The notes under the pieces were generated by a model that saw only the letters and a list, made by a program, of their open reading frames with translations, made no database searches and was not told where the DNA came from. A DNA stretch of 64,000 nt from Calothrix sp. NIES-2098 (GTDB lineage Bacteria; Cyanobacteriota; Cyanobacteriia; Cyanobacteriales; Nostocaceae). The position numbers and the translations under genes are program-made. Below are positions 1 to 13,200 of this stretch, one piece after another; positions within the stretch are counted from its first letter, which is position 1, and the number at the start of each line of letters is the position of its first letter. The stretch is from the NCBI GenBank assembly GCA_002368175.1, contig AP018172.1, positions 29,599 to 93,598 on the forward strand. The letters run 5' to 3'.

Positions 1-1812
1 GTCTCGATCCAAAACTTTGGTACTGTACCTATAACCCGAACTGAGTTTGCCACCATCTTAAATGCCTGCGTGCGTCGGAGCAATGAACTCATAGCGACTA
101 ATCCCAAGATTGTTACCCCAGCAGATACGAAAACCCTGCAACGCTTGCAGTCCGAATTTGCACCGGAGTTAGCAACCCTAAACAATCAGACAGATGAATT
201 GGAGGCTCGTAGCGATCTAACTCCTGCTGGGATTAATCGCAAGACTCAACCCCTACCCACAATTGCTCAAGAGGAAGCTGTTAACCGCCCTGTCAGCCCT
301 AAACCTCAAGCTGTGAGGATTAGAGGAACGGTTGCCCCTGAACCTCAAACTGGTAGATTTAATACAGAAAACTATAACCGGATTGATGACAATCCCTTTC
401 ATCTTGTCAGTAACGATCCACTTTCCACATTTTCCATTGATGTAGATACAGCATCCTACAGTAACGTGCGGCGGTTTATTACTCAAGGAGAATTACCGCC
501 TAAGGATGCAGTGCGAATCGAAGAATTGATTAACTACTTTACTTACAATTATCCCCAACCAAAAGGCGATACCAACGACGGGCAGAGCCAACGCCCTTTT
601 TCCGTCACTACAGAAGTTGCTGCTGCTCCCTGGAATCCGCAACACAAGCTTGTACAGGTCGGTTTGCAAGGTAAACGCCTAGAGAGCGAAACTTTACCAC
701 CTAGCAACCTAGTATTCCTGATTGATGTTTCCGGTTCTATGGATGAACCCAACAAATTACCCTTGGTGCAACAGTCTCTCAAATTGCTGGTAAATACACT
801 GCGTCCTGAAGACCGGGTAAGTTTGGTAGTCTATGCTGGGAATGCGGGATTGGTGTTACCTGCTACTCCTGGTAGTCAGAAATCAAAAATTTTGGCAGCA
901 ATCGATCGCTTGCAGGCTGGAGGTTCCACTGCTGGTGGAGAAGGTATTGAACTCGCCTACAAGATAGCCAAACAAAACTTCATCAATTCTGGTAATAATA
1001 GAGTCATTTTAGCTACCGATGGAGATTTTAATGTCGGGGTTTCTAGCGATGCAGAACTGACGCGATTAATTGAACAGAAGCGAGAGCAGGGAATTTTTCT
1101 GACAGTATTGGGATTTGGTACTGGCAATTACAAGGACTCAAAAATGGAGCAACTGGCTGATAAGGGTAATGGTAACTACGCTTACATTGATACCCTCTTA
1201 GAAGCCAAAAAAGTTTTAGTTAACGATCTCAGAGGAACTTTATTTACTATTGCCAAGGATGTGAAAATCCAGGTGGAATTTAATCCGGCAAAAGTTCAGG
1301 CTTATCGCTTGATTGGCTACGAAAACCGCCTGCTGCAAAACCAGGATTTCAATGATGACAAGAAAGATGCAGGAGAGATTGGGGCTGGTCATTCTGTAAC
1401 AGCACTTTATGAAATCATTCCCACTGGTGTAAATAGCGATGTCAAACTACCAAAAGTAGACCCTTTGCGTTATCAGCGTTCTGGTGTAACTCAAGCAGAT
1501 ACTGTCAGCAATGAGTTAATGCAATTGAAACTGCGATATAAATTGCCCCAAGACAGTACCAGTCAACTAATTACCCAAACCATCCCAGACGATGATTTCA
1601 GCGCCCAAAGGGAACCCTCCACAAACCTAAGATTTGCTGCTGCGGTGGCTACTTTTGGGATGTTGCTACGTAACTCTGAGTATAAAGGGAATGCTAATTA
1701 TGATTTAGCGATCGCATTGGCAACTCAAGGAAAGGGCGAAGACCGGGATGGCTATCGAGGTGAGTTTATTCGCCTGGTAGAGCAATCTCAGAAGTTGATG
1801 GCCAAGAAATAA
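1..1812 (+). CDS. von Willebrand factor type A (vWA) domain protein, YfbK-like; 5' partial (reading frame open back to base 1, the GTG at 70 is only an internal candidate start)
   Basis: Long ORF with a vWA/MIDAS signature (LVFLIDVSGSMDE...ILATDGDFNVG) and a conserved C-terminal region. I translated upstream of position 70 in frame and found no stop before the window start. Confidence 0.7.
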   Translation, partial: VSIQNFGTVPITRTEFATILNACVRRSNELIATNPKIVTPADTKTLQRLQSEFAPELATLNNQTDELEARSDLTPAGINRKTQPLPTIAQEEAVNRPVSPKPQAVRIRGTVAPEPQTGRFNTENYNRIDDNPFHLVSNDPLSTFSIDVDTASYSNVRRFITQGELPPKDAVRIEELINYFTYNYPQPKGDTNDGQSQRPFSVTTEVAAAPWNPQHKLVQVGLQGKRLESETLPPSNLVFLIDVSGSMDEPNKLPLVQQSLKLLVNTLRPEDRVSLVVYAGNAGLVLPATPGSQKSKILAAIDRLQAGGSTAGGEGIELAYKIAKQNFINSGNNRVILATDGDFNVGVSSDAELTRLIEQKREQGIFLTVLGFGTGNYKDSKMEQLADKGNGNYAYIDTLLEAKKVLVNDLRGTLFTIAKDVKIQVEFNPAKVQAYRLIGYENRLLQNQDFNDDKKDAGEIGAGHSVTALYEIIPTGVNSDVKLPKVDPLRYQRSGVTQADTVSNELMQLKLRYKLPQDSTSQLITQTIPDDDFSAQREPSTNLRFAAAVATFGMLLRNSEYKGNANYDLAIALATQGKGEDRDGYRGEFIRLVEQSQKLMAKK

Positions 1813-2011
1813 TATGGTTTTTAATCGACTCTCAACCTTCTGAAATAACTCCTCAAATCAATAGGATGACAATGCTACAAGGGATAACATTTTAAAATGT
1901 AGATTGAGGTTGGGGTAAAGGTTAAAGGTTTTTGCTTGGCTTTTGCCCCTTCCTCAACCCACAAGTATTGAATGGCATAAACTGTGGAGTTAAAAACAGA
2001 ATCAAAAAGCT

Positions 2012-2518
2012 TTACTCTAGATACAGCCTTAATTGCTCTAAGTTAATGAAGGACTCATGTATTTGTGAATTTGGAGCAAGTGAGGCTTGAAACTGCACAA
2101 CTCCAATTGCTTCAACAATTTGATGATTATAGTTTTCTACCTCATCTGGCGGGCGTAAAGATTGTTTATTCCAAGATGGGAAAATGCTCACCTTGGTGTT
2201 ATCCTCAAGCAAAATTTGCGACTTAGTATAAAGTCCTTTAAAACCTGGAATTCCAGTAGATTGTGGGTTAGGTTGCCAGGATTTTGATGTATAACGACCA
2301 ATGATTTTGACCCGTTGACCATTGAGACGAATTAAATCAACACGTTTTTTTACTATTTCCAATTTGTTGGTGGGAATTTCTTCACTACTTAACTGAGGTA
2401 TTTGGCTATTGGTGGGTTTAACTGGAGCCAATATACTTAATATTATTGATATTGATATGGTTAATCCCGAAGCCAAACTAACAGAGCGCAATTTCATTTT
2501 CTTCTCTATTTTTGGCAT
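2012..2518 (-). CDS. hypothetical secreted protein (N-terminal signal peptide)
   Basis: 168-aa ORF with a basic N-terminus followed by a hydrophobic stretch (MKLRSVSLASGLTISISIILSILA). No recognisable catalytic motif. Confidence 0.4.
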   Translation of the reverse strand: MPKIEKKMKLRSVSLASGLTISISIILSILAPVKPTNSQIPQLSSEEIPTNKLEIVKKRVDLIRLNGQRVKIIGRYTSKSWQPNPQSTGIPGFKGLYTKSQILLEDNTKVSIFPSWNKQSLRPPDEVENYNHQIVEAIGVVQFQASLAPNSQIHESFINLEQLRLYLE

Positions 2519-2804
2519 CAGGATACTACATAATTAAAAGTCTGTCTGTATAGCGGTGGTAAATCAACTCACTTGCATGGCTGCGTACCAGACCTGTGGC
2601 AAGGAGTACGAACGCTATCTTGGCGGTGAAAGTATTTTTCTGAGCAAGAGCTGCTTTGAAAGTTGAAAATTAAAGTATTTGAGTGAATCTTTTGACAATT
2701 GCCTGAACCTTACCCAAATATCTTGGTACTCACAAAATAAAAGTCAGTAGCTATACTAACTAAACATGCCTCGACAGGCTTTATCGTTAAATTCTATTCG
2801 CTAG

Positions 2805-4856
<2,052 letters not shown>

Positions 4857-5448
4857 CCTAGAGATGAATTGATGCGACGAATCAGCTACGGGTAGTAGCA
4901 GAAAATTCAAATCTTAATTTTTTATGTAATTAACGATCGTAAAAGCTTACCTACTACCCAACACAAAAATTCTTAACCAGTTGTTAATTTACGCTCAGAG
5001 TTATTCTTGAGTAAGGTTGACTTTATCAAAAAGTATAGTAATTCTAAGCATAATAGCTTATTTATATAAGTTAATTATTCCAATTGTAGAAATATTCAAA
5101 AAGCCAACACCTTATTAACGTTGGTAAACCCCCAACACCTAACCTAGGGCAGATGATAATATTTGATTATAGTTAGTCTCCCTCCTGCCGAAATTCTTAA
5201 CCAGGAGGTGGTTGTACATTCTCTGAGCGATCGCCTCCTGAATTGTGTCTTCAAGAAAATTAAATATTTTTTGCTCTGTATAGTTTTATGCTGTTCTGCA
5301 ATACAGAGGCAGTTTTTACAGAGGCTGGAGGTGTTGAACTTACGTTGGCGATCGCAGCCTTTATACCGGATTCTTTTGTTAAGCAGTAGCCAGTACTAAT
5401 TTTTTTGGGTGTATTTATTAACTTAAGTATAAATATTTATTACAAAAA

Positions 5449-6597
5449 GTGAGTCAAGCTATGACAATCGGCTTTTCTCTCCAGCAGGCAGAACATGACC
5501 TGAATGATTTGAGTGCATTCAATATCCAAAGTTTTTGCCAACTACAATCTGAACAGTTAACTAGTCAGTCTCCAATTTTATTTGCACGTATTGTTTATCA
5601 TGATTGCATTTTAAAAGCTCATCAAGAAGTAATTAGTTATGCTCAAAAACAACCTCTTTTTTCACAAAAACAATTAGCTTATCTGCGTTCAGAACAGTGG
5701 TTTAGTGACTATCCTCTGGCATTCGAGTTAAAAGAATTTAAATTAAATAATTTTTCAGAAATTGCTTACATCTGCCCTATAGGCTATCGCAATCAAAAAC
5801 CTGAGTATATTCAAATAATTGCTGAACGCGCACTTTCTCAGGAATTACAACAATACATCCAGCAATCGGCAATGCTACTTGGTAAGTATGCAAGTATGTA
5901 TTTGGTATATGGCAAACAAAAAATTGAAATTCAATTACTCGAAGAAGTTTTGCATAAAGTCGGGCATCAATTACGTAATTCTTTAGCAACGATCGGGCTT
6001 TATGCTCATAATTTATACTTGGGGTTAACAGGTAATCAGTGCCAAGAGCAAGCAACAGTTATTCGTGAAAGTATCGAAGATTTGGATACTAATTTGAACG
6101 AGTTACTAGATTGTGGACAAGGAGTGAAATTAAGAAAATCTTCTCAAGACCTAAGAACTTTAGTATTGGAAAGTATTAAAGGATTACAACCGCTAATTAA
6201 TCAAAAGCAACTTACAATCTCTATACCCGATACATCTACAAATTTAATAATAGACCGTTTACAAATGAAGCAAGTCTTCGATAATTTGCTGAGTAATGCA
6301 GTTTACTTTAGTCCTAATTCCACAACTATTACTTGTAATTGGCAGATTTTTCAAGATGAAGTGCTAATTAAAATTATTGACCAAGGAAAAGGATTATCTC
6401 CAGAAGATATTCAAAAAATATTTACCCCGTTTTATTCTCGTCGTCCCGGAGGAACGGGACTGGGTTTAACTATTGCCAAAAAAATTGTTTTAGACCATCG
6501 CGGAAACTTATGGGCACAAAGTGTATCACATGGTGGAGCGCAATTTTGTGTAATATTGCCTCGACCGAAAATGTCTAGGAGTGTCAAAGATGGTTAA
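5449..6597 (+). CDS. sensor histidine kinase (HisKA + HATPase_c); start may be the ATG at 5461
   Basis: H-box (VGHQLRNSLATIG), N-box (LLSNAVYF) and G-boxes (DQGKGL, GGTGLGLTIAKKIV). Overlaps the downstream response-regulator gene. Confidence 0.85.
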   Translation: MSQAMTIGFSLQQAEHDLNDLSAFNIQSFCQLQSEQLTSQSPILFARIVYHDCILKAHQEVISYAQKQPLFSQKQLAYLRSEQWFSDYPLAFELKEFKLNNFSEIAYICPIGYRNQKPEYIQIIAERALSQELQQYIQQSAMLLGKYASMYLVYGKQKIEIQLLEEVLHKVGHQLRNSLATIGLYAHNLYLGLTGNQCQEQATVIRESIEDLDTNLNELLDCGQGVKLRKSSQDLRTLVLESIKGLQPLINQKQLTISIPDTSTNLIIDRLQMKQVFDNLLSNAVYFSPNSTTITCNWQIFQDEVLIKIIDQGKGLSPEDIQKIFTPFYSRRPGGTGLGLTIAKKIVLDHRGNLWAQSVSHGGAQFCVILPRPKMSRSVKDG

Positions 6598-7267
6598 TAG
6601 TCAAAAACTTTCAGTTTTGCTTGTAGACGATGAAGAACGTTTTCGCCAAGGCATACGTACCCTGCTCAATTTTTATAATATTAATGCTGCATTACCTATA
6701 GAAGTTGTCGGTGAAGCAGACTCTGTAGAACAAGTTTTAAAACTGACACAGCAGAAGTCTCCAGATTTAATTTTACTGGATTTACAATTAAGCGGTAGTG
6801 ATGGTATTACAGCTTTAGTTCGTTTAAAAGAAATTGCTTATACTGGCAAAGTTTTAGTTTTATCAGCCCACCAAGAAGATGATTGGATTTTCCGGGCTAT
6901 GCAAGCAGGCGCAGCAGGTTATGTATTTAAAAATCGCTTGGCTACTCAATTGGGCGAAGCTATTAAAACTGTGATGCAATCAGAAATTTATTTACCTTCA
7001 GAAGTTGCTAGCCGATTTTTTAGATTCTTTCAAGCTTACTCCGATTCCTCATTAAGAGCTTGCCATCAGTTACACTTAACAGAAAGAGAACAAGAAGTTT
7101 TATACTGGTTAGCTCAAGGTGCTTCCAATGAAGAAATTGCCAAGCATTTATATGTAACCGTTGCCACTGTAAAAGCTCATCTCACTAGCATTTTTGAGAA
7201 GTTAAAAGTTACCAGCCGAACTCAAGCTATTGTAGCCGCCCTCAAGTTAGGACTTGTAAAAGCTTAA
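6590..7267 (+). CDS. response regulator, NarL/FixJ family (REC + LuxR-type HTH)
   Basis: LLVDDE phospho-acceptor region, LILLDLQLSG, and a C-terminal LuxR HTH (EREQEVLYWLAQGASNEEIAKHLYVTVATVKAHL). The ATG at 6590 overlaps the HK stop (ATGGTTAA), consistent with an operon. Confidence 0.85.
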   Translation: MVNSQKLSVLLVDDEERFRQGIRTLLNFYNINAALPIEVVGEADSVEQVLKLTQQKSPDLILLDLQLSGSDGITALVRLKEIAYTGKVLVLSAHQEDDWIFRAMQAGAAGYVFKNRLATQLGEAIKTVMQSEIYLPSEVASRFFRFFQAYSDSSLRACHQLHLTEREQEVLYWLAQGASNEEIAKHLYVTVATVKAHLTSIFEKLKVTSRTQAIVAALKLGLVKA

Positions 7268-7295
7268 GAAGCAGAGTCAAGAGTCAAAAGTCAAT

Positions 7296-7384
7296 TAATT
7301 ATTTCTCCCTTGTCTCCCTTGTCCCATTTCTCCCCACACTCCCCACACTCCCCACTCTCCCTGCTGCCCCTCCGCCTCCCCTTT
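7296..7384 (+). repeat. ~85-nt polypyrimidine (C/T) tract immediately upstream of the pseudokinase gene
   Basis: The sequence tttctcccttgtctcccttgtcccatttctccccacactccccacactccccactctccctgctgcccctccgcctcccc is almost purely C/T. The ORF caller translates it as low-complexity SPHSPHSPLSLLPL, which is unlikely to be coding. Confidence 0.5.
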
Positions 7385-9511
7385 ATGCCTTCATCTGAAT
7401 ATTTTTATCAAGAATACCCTTGCTCTTACAATGCGCCTTTGAATTGCGATCGCCCTTTCCAAACGGCTCAAGAAATCAAAGGTGCTAGGTTTTGTTTGGA
7501 ATGTGGTTTTCCGGCTACTTTACCGCAGGAAGCTGAGATTAAAGGCAATTTGGGTATTTATCAGGTGCATAATTATTTAGGAGCGCGGGGTAATGGTAGG
7601 TTATACGCAGGTATTCACCTGAAGGATCGACAACCTGTAATTATTAAAGAATACTTGCTACCTAGTCGTTGTTTTAATGAAAAAGAGACTCAAGACCGTA
7701 AAGAAACTTTTAAGCGGGTGGGAGGGGTAAGTTTAGCTGATAGTAGAACCCCTAATTTTCGGCTTGTGAATACTTGGGAAGCGATCGCAGATGAAAAAGG
7801 AGAACGCTGTTATTTAATTACTCAAGGTACAGAAACAGCCCAAACCTTAAGACAATATCTTACCCAATATGGGTCAATGAAAGCGCCTCAAGTGCGCGAA
7901 GTATTAAATCAGGCTCTCCAAACTCTAGAATTTTTGCATAGCCAAAAGCTGCGGTTTCCTTCAAATCAAGTACAGCAAGGGCTAGCCCACGGAAACTTGA
8001 GTTTAGATAGCATCTTAATTCAAGTTGAAAATAATCAACAATATATATATTTTGACGATTTAGCTATCTGGGAAAATGTATTTATTCCTCCTAGTATTTC
8101 CCAACCTGCACCTTGCAAACGCGAGTACGATCTAGAAGCACTAGGATTAGTGGCTTTTTATTTATGGGTAGGCAGAACTACCGATTATTCTCATCAGCCT
8201 CTAGACCCCAGAGAAAACGAACATTGGCCTACTAGCGATCCCGATTTAAAAAAATTTATTTCCCGCCTACTACGATTAGAAAATCCGTTTGCAACTGCTG
8301 AATCTGCCCGCGAAAGTCTACTGCAACTACCTCAAGAGTATCAAGCGAGTAGTTTAAGACAATTACCTGAATCTGAAGAAAAAGAAAAGAGTATACGCAC
8401 CAAATTAATTGGGCTAGGAATTTTAGCATTCCTTATCCTAGGAGGTGGGATTTGGTATTATCTTTGGCAACGTCATCAACCAGAAGATAATAGTAAATAT
8501 ATCCCTTGGTTTGGACTAGTACGTAACTTTTCGGAAGTTAACAACGTGCCTTCAGGCAAATTCACCTATACAGGCGAACGAGATGGAACCTGGAGTTTCA
8601 TTTTGAAACAACAAGTTGACAATAATAGTTTAGAAGATTACTTAATCAATCCCAAACCAGAAGTAAAAGCAGAATTTAACTACGAACCAGTTACTTCGAT
8701 AGATTTAGATAATCTTAATCAACCTCTAGAAGAACTAGCAAGTGGTAAGAAAGACTTTGCAATTACTAGTTTAGTAGATAAAATAACAGATAAATTAGAG
8801 CAAAAACCAGCGATCAATGATGGATTACTTGTATATGTAGCATTTAATAAAAAAGATTCCAATTTAGCGAATGCTCTAAGAGGACAAATTACCCTTGAGC
8901 AATTGCGCCAAATTTATACAGGTAAAATTACCAATTGGCAGCAAATTAATTCTCAACTTCCTAATTTAGAAGTCAAACCCTTTGCTCCTACCGAACCGGA
9001 AGCTATACAAAAATTTCAAGAAATAGTGTTAAAAAATGACCCACAAGATAAAGCTTTATTTGCAGCCAATGTAGAAAAATTGGATACAACAAAAACCCAA
9101 AATCAGATACGCAGAGAAATTCTCGAAGGGCGAAATACAGGCATCATTGGTTTTGGGATTATTGCTAAAACTTGGGCGCAGTGTACGGGCTATCCCTTAG
9201 CGATCGTTGATGGTAACAAGCCACCTAGTCAACCGCTATTTCAACGTCGCGAACGTCGCCCTATCAATACCGCAGATGACCTGTGCCAACACGATAACTA
9301 TTTTTTTGATGTTAATGCTTTTCAAAGCTATCCTTTAAGATACCCTATATTTGTGGTGTACCCTAAAGACAAAAGTCGCCAAGCCGGGTCTACATTTGCT
9401 GAGATACTAACTACTCGTCAGGGCCAGTGTTTACTTAGTAAAGTAGGTCTTATCCCTTTACAACCTATACCTGATGAAATAAGGACTTATGCCTGCAAAT
9501 CGGTGCCCTAA
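7385..9511 (+). CDS. membrane-anchored pseudokinase: N-terminal Zn-ribbon-like Cys motif, degenerate protein-kinase-like domain, one TM helix and a ~330-aa extracytoplasmic domain
   Basis: Cys pattern (CSYNAPLNC...CLECGF). Kinase-like segments are present but the catalytic HRD is replaced (HGNLSLDSILI) and DFG is replaced (DDLAIWE), so it is predicted inactive. TM helix LIGLGILAFLILGGGIWYYLW. The likely true start is the ATG at 7385, after the C/T tract. Confidence 0.6.
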   Translation: MPSSEYFYQEYPCSYNAPLNCDRPFQTAQEIKGARFCLECGFPATLPQEAEIKGNLGIYQVHNYLGARGNGRLYAGIHLKDRQPVIIKEYLLPSRCFNEKETQDRKETFKRVGGVSLADSRTPNFRLVNTWEAIADEKGERCYLITQGTETAQTLRQYLTQYGSMKAPQVREVLNQALQTLEFLHSQKLRFPSNQVQQGLAHGNLSLDSILIQVENNQQYIYFDDLAIWENVFIPPSISQPAPCKREYDLEALGLVAFYLWVGRTTDYSHQPLDPRENEHWPTSDPDLKKFISRLLRLENPFATAESARESLLQLPQEYQASSLRQLPESEEKEKSIRTKLIGLGILAFLILGGGIWYYLWQRHQPEDNSKYIPWFGLVRNFSEVNNVPSGKFTYTGERDGTWSFILKQQVDNNSLEDYLINPKPEVKAEFNYEPVTSIDLDNLNQPLEELASGKKDFAITSLVDKITDKLEQKPAINDGLLVYVAFNKKDSNLANALRGQITLEQLRQIYTGKITNWQQINSQLPNLEVKPFAPTEPEAIQKFQEIVLKNDPQDKALFAANVEKLDTTKTQNQIRREILEGRNTGIIGFGIIAKTWAQCTGYPLAIVDGNKPPSQPLFQRRERRPINTADDLCQHDNYFFDVNAFQSYPLRYPIFVVYPKDKSRQAGSTFAEILTTRQGQCLLSKVGLIPLQPIPDEIRTYACKSVP

Positions 9512-10160
9512 TCCTAATTGCGAATATTTTAACCGCGCTTTACCCAACAATGCGAAGGTTTGCCCTTGGTGCTCAACTCCCTTGGGTAATGTAATTACAC
9601 CTACACCAACTCCTACTAGATCCGTTCCACCCCAACCAACGCCTCCACAACAAACTCCACCGCAAGCAACTCCATCACCATCTGTTCCACCCCAACCGAC
9701 TCCACCTAAACGACCAGTAGCAAATCCACCTGGCTATCCACCCCCCGGTGATTATTCCACAGAGTATCAGCAACGAGTTCCCCCCTACGTTCCACCCGTA
9801 CAGCCTGCGTATACTCCGCCACCGCCAAGATTACCACTGCTGAAGCTAATTCACTCTACAGGTAGAGAATTCCAGTGGTCGGGGGAAGCAGGTTACATTG
9901 GTCGGCGCAGTCAAAGTATGACAGTTCCGCCAGAAATTGACTTAACTGGTATTCCCCATGAGGGAATAATTTCTCGTCGCCATGCAAGGATTTATTGGGA
10001 CTGGTCGCAAAATGCGTACACAATCGTTGATATGAGTACAAATGGTATTTATTTAAATAACACTCTGTTAAATCCTGGCGTGCAATATCGTTTACTTAAT
10101 GGCGATTCATTGCAGTTCGGTCAAGATAATCTCGTGCGATTTACAGCGTATGTTATGTAG
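9489..10160 (+). CDS. FHA-domain protein with N-terminal zinc ribbon and Pro-rich linker
   Basis: CPNPNC...CPWC zinc ribbon; PQPTPP repeats; C-terminal FHA signature (GRRSQSMTVPPEIDLTG...ISRRHARIYWD...STNGIYLNNTLL). Overlaps the upstream pseudokinase gene by 23 nt. Confidence 0.8.
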   Translation: MPANRCPNPNCEYFNRALPNNAKVCPWCSTPLGNVITPTPTPTRSVPPQPTPPQQTPPQATPSPSVPPQPTPPKRPVANPPGYPPPGDYSTEYQQRVPPYVPPVQPAYTPPPPRLPLLKLIHSTGREFQWSGEAGYIGRRSQSMTVPPEIDLTGIPHEGIISRRHARIYWDWSQNAYTIVDMSTNGIYLNNTLLNPGVQYRLLNGDSLQFGQDNLVRFTAYVM

Positions 10161-10284
10161 TAGATATAGCAATTCTGTTTGATGTACAAACTACTCGTGC
10201 CCCTACCACCGTATTTGTATCATAATTAAAGTGAAACGGTATTACGCTCGTAATGACATTTTATGTTGAATTAAGTTGAGCTAC

Positions 10285-13200
10285 TTATCGCTCTACTTTC
10301 TGGCGTAACTTCTCCATCAGCTGTTGTTTGCGGTCTATTCCTTTCATCCTCATATCAACCATCTGTTGAATAATTTCTTCTTGTTGTAAACGATTCAAAC
10401 CAATTTCTGGATCGGGAGAAACACGATAGCGCTGAGTAATTTTAGCAGCAATTTCTGCATCATCTGCATTAATTAACCACCGGGATGCTTCAGGAATAAC
10501 TTCATTACCATAGTCTGCTGCTACCTTTTGAATTAACTTTTGCTGCATCAAATGTGCTTGATATTCTGCATAGAAAATTTGATTGGATATGATAGATGCT
10601 TCGGTAATTCTTTGAAAATGGTGAGTTAATTCATGTACTACTGTTCCAGCAACACCGTTAACTGAAGTATCGCCAGCGATAAACACTGTACGCGTGCTGG
10701 GTTCGTAAAAACCACCTGCTTTTAAGTTAGGATTGTTAATATATTTTCCAACTAATGTTGTAGCTTGAGCTTCATTTTTTATAGCTTGCCTAATAGCTTC
10801 CTCGGTCATTGGTAGAATCTTACCTTGTTGTGTTAGTTCCAAAAAGGTAGCGGTGTAAGCTTCATTTGTATAGCGTGCTAATACTAAGCCTACCTTTGCG
10901 CGATCGACATCTCTAAAAGCAGCGCCAACTGCTTCAATTTGTTCGGCAATATTCAAGCCTTGTTTCAAATTTCGCTTGGCGATATCAATTAATTTCTGTG
11001 CTTGTTCTTGAGGTAAAACTTTAGTTGCTGCTTTGGAAAAGGCTTCTAATGTTGTTGCGGCTTGGCGTAATTGTTTAAAATAACTGGCAAGCATTAAGGC
11101 GTTGGCTGCAAAATCCGCGATCGCAATTATCAACCAGATTAACTGGGGATCTTCGGCTGACATTTTGGCGATCGCCGGATCGAGACCTACATCACTAGCA
11201 GCCGATTGTTTGCTATAAGTTGAGGCCTTCTCCACCACATCAATCGCACTAACAACCGTACCGACTGCGATTGCAATTCCGGGATTGAGAGTTACTATAC
11301 TGGCAATAATACCTGCTGTAATCGCAAAAGCTTTGAGTCCATCTTCTAAGCTTTTCTCATCAGCTTTAATTTGCTGTTCTTTTTGAATCCGAGTGTTAAT
11401 TACCGACGATAACGTAGGGTTTTGATCTATGCCTAAATCTTGTTTCGTCATCCCCACAATATCGTTTAACTGCCAAATCCTCAGTTTATCTTGGCTAATA
11501 TTGTCTTCTGTAGTGCGGATATTTTCGAGAATTTCATCAATTTTGCCACCAACAATCGATGTTAACTCTGCATCTGAAGCAGTTGCTAATTTTTCTACAT
11601 CGATATCTTCTCGTAGCAAAATCTGATATTTCAGTGCATAATTAGATTTTTGTGCCTTTAGTTCATTTTGCTTTTGTTCAATTCGTTGCTGAATTTCTGA
11701 TTCATGGGCTAAATCATAAGCTGATGAACTCGCCTGTTCTGGTTCTGGGACACCACCTGGGGGTAAATCTTTGTGTGCTTCCCGCAGTTGTAGCTGTAAA
11801 TTTTCAATCTCTTTAGTACGCGCAGTTAAATCCTTAGCAGCATTCCGCAGTCCTTCGCGTTTCTGAGGGCCATTATCACCTGCTTCCGTACAAATATCTT
11901 TATATTTATCTGCTTCTTTTTGCGCAAGTTCTCGGTTTTGTCGTAATTGCACCAAGGCTATTTGCTTACCTCGGTTGACAAACATATTCGGGAAATCTTC
12001 TGTCACTAACTTGACTAACTGGCTTTCTTCTACATTTAAAGATTTCAGTACCGCCTCGACCATCTTTTTTTGGTTCTCGAAATCAGCAGTTAGTGCATTA
12101 ATTTCATTAGATAACAAATCTCTTTGAGCTTCTTTGGCTTCAACTTCTGGGGTGCGACCGCTATAGTCTTGGATATCACGCTTTAACTGTTCCAGTTGTT
12201 CGGTTTTTTGTTTCAGTTCTTCACCCTTTTTGTCCCGTTCCTGAATTAAGGTAAAGGCTGTAGCATCCTTCATTGCAGTGTTGAGAGTTGCCTTAGAACC
12301 TTCATCTAAAGGAGGTGTTTCCTTCAGAGTAGTTCTCGCATACATCAGCCTGCGCGCATCCTCCGGTGACAGTCCTGGGTTATTCGCTGTACCTGCATCA
12401 GGAGTTTGACGCTGAATTAACATCACCTGTCCTGAGAAATTCCCTAGTTGGGGACGAAGTACGGGAATTTGGCTAAAATTATGACCGGATGTTTTCGCCA
12501 TCACCACAGTTTCAGAAGATGGTTCTTCACTGCTACTAGTTTTCTCAGCTTTTTTGCTACATTCCGCAGATAAATCAATTTCTGTGGGAGGAGTTTGTTT
12601 GCGACCATGATCTGTGGTGGTGTCATACTGGTCGTGTACTGCTTGGACTTTAGCTCTCAGTGCGTCACTTTCGCTAGTTACATCACTTGTAGCTTTCCCA
12701 ATAAAGCGCTGATGAGCAGAGGGGAATTCTTTGTTATCAATAGCAACGTGACCATCTTCATGATTTTTCAGCGCGCTATAGAAGTTATCCCATGATTGTT
12801 GTACTGGTGGGCATTGTTTGTTGCGTTCTGCCCATCGTGGCATGGTCATCACCTGAGTGACGTTAAGATTTGCTTGGGTTATGGGATCGCCTTGAGTAGT
12901 CACTTTGAAGTTAAAATCCACAGAGCCAGCTTCATCAGGCAGATTATTGGCAACTTCGTCTAAATTTTTACCGTGATAGGTGTTGTGTTGCAGGGTGGGA
13001 GGATTTTGGATGGTAGTGCTTCCAGATGAGGGGTTTTTGGCTGCTGGTTGAGCATTGTTTAATTGTGGCGTATCGCTTTGTAGGGGAGGATTTTCATCTA
13101 GTTGACGTAACAAAAGGTTAGTTGTAGGACGTACATGGGGTTGGCAAGAAATACGCCCAATATCATGTTCAGCCAGATTTTGCGGAGAAGCTTCTGCTAA

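Noticed and set aside
253-782. Two 77-aa minus-strand ORFs inside the vWA gene
   Set aside because: Antisense frames within a well-supported CDS.
5163-5399. 78-aa ORF in the region upstream of the histidine kinase
   Set aside because: It contains two HIP1 sites and lies in the AT-rich leader region. It has no homology signal and is likely non-coding.
7310-7384. N-terminal extension MSPLSHFSPHSPHSPLSLLPLRLPF of the pseudokinase ORF
   Set aside because: It is a translation of a pure C/T polypyrimidine tract. The in-frame ATG at 7385 gives a sensible N-terminus.
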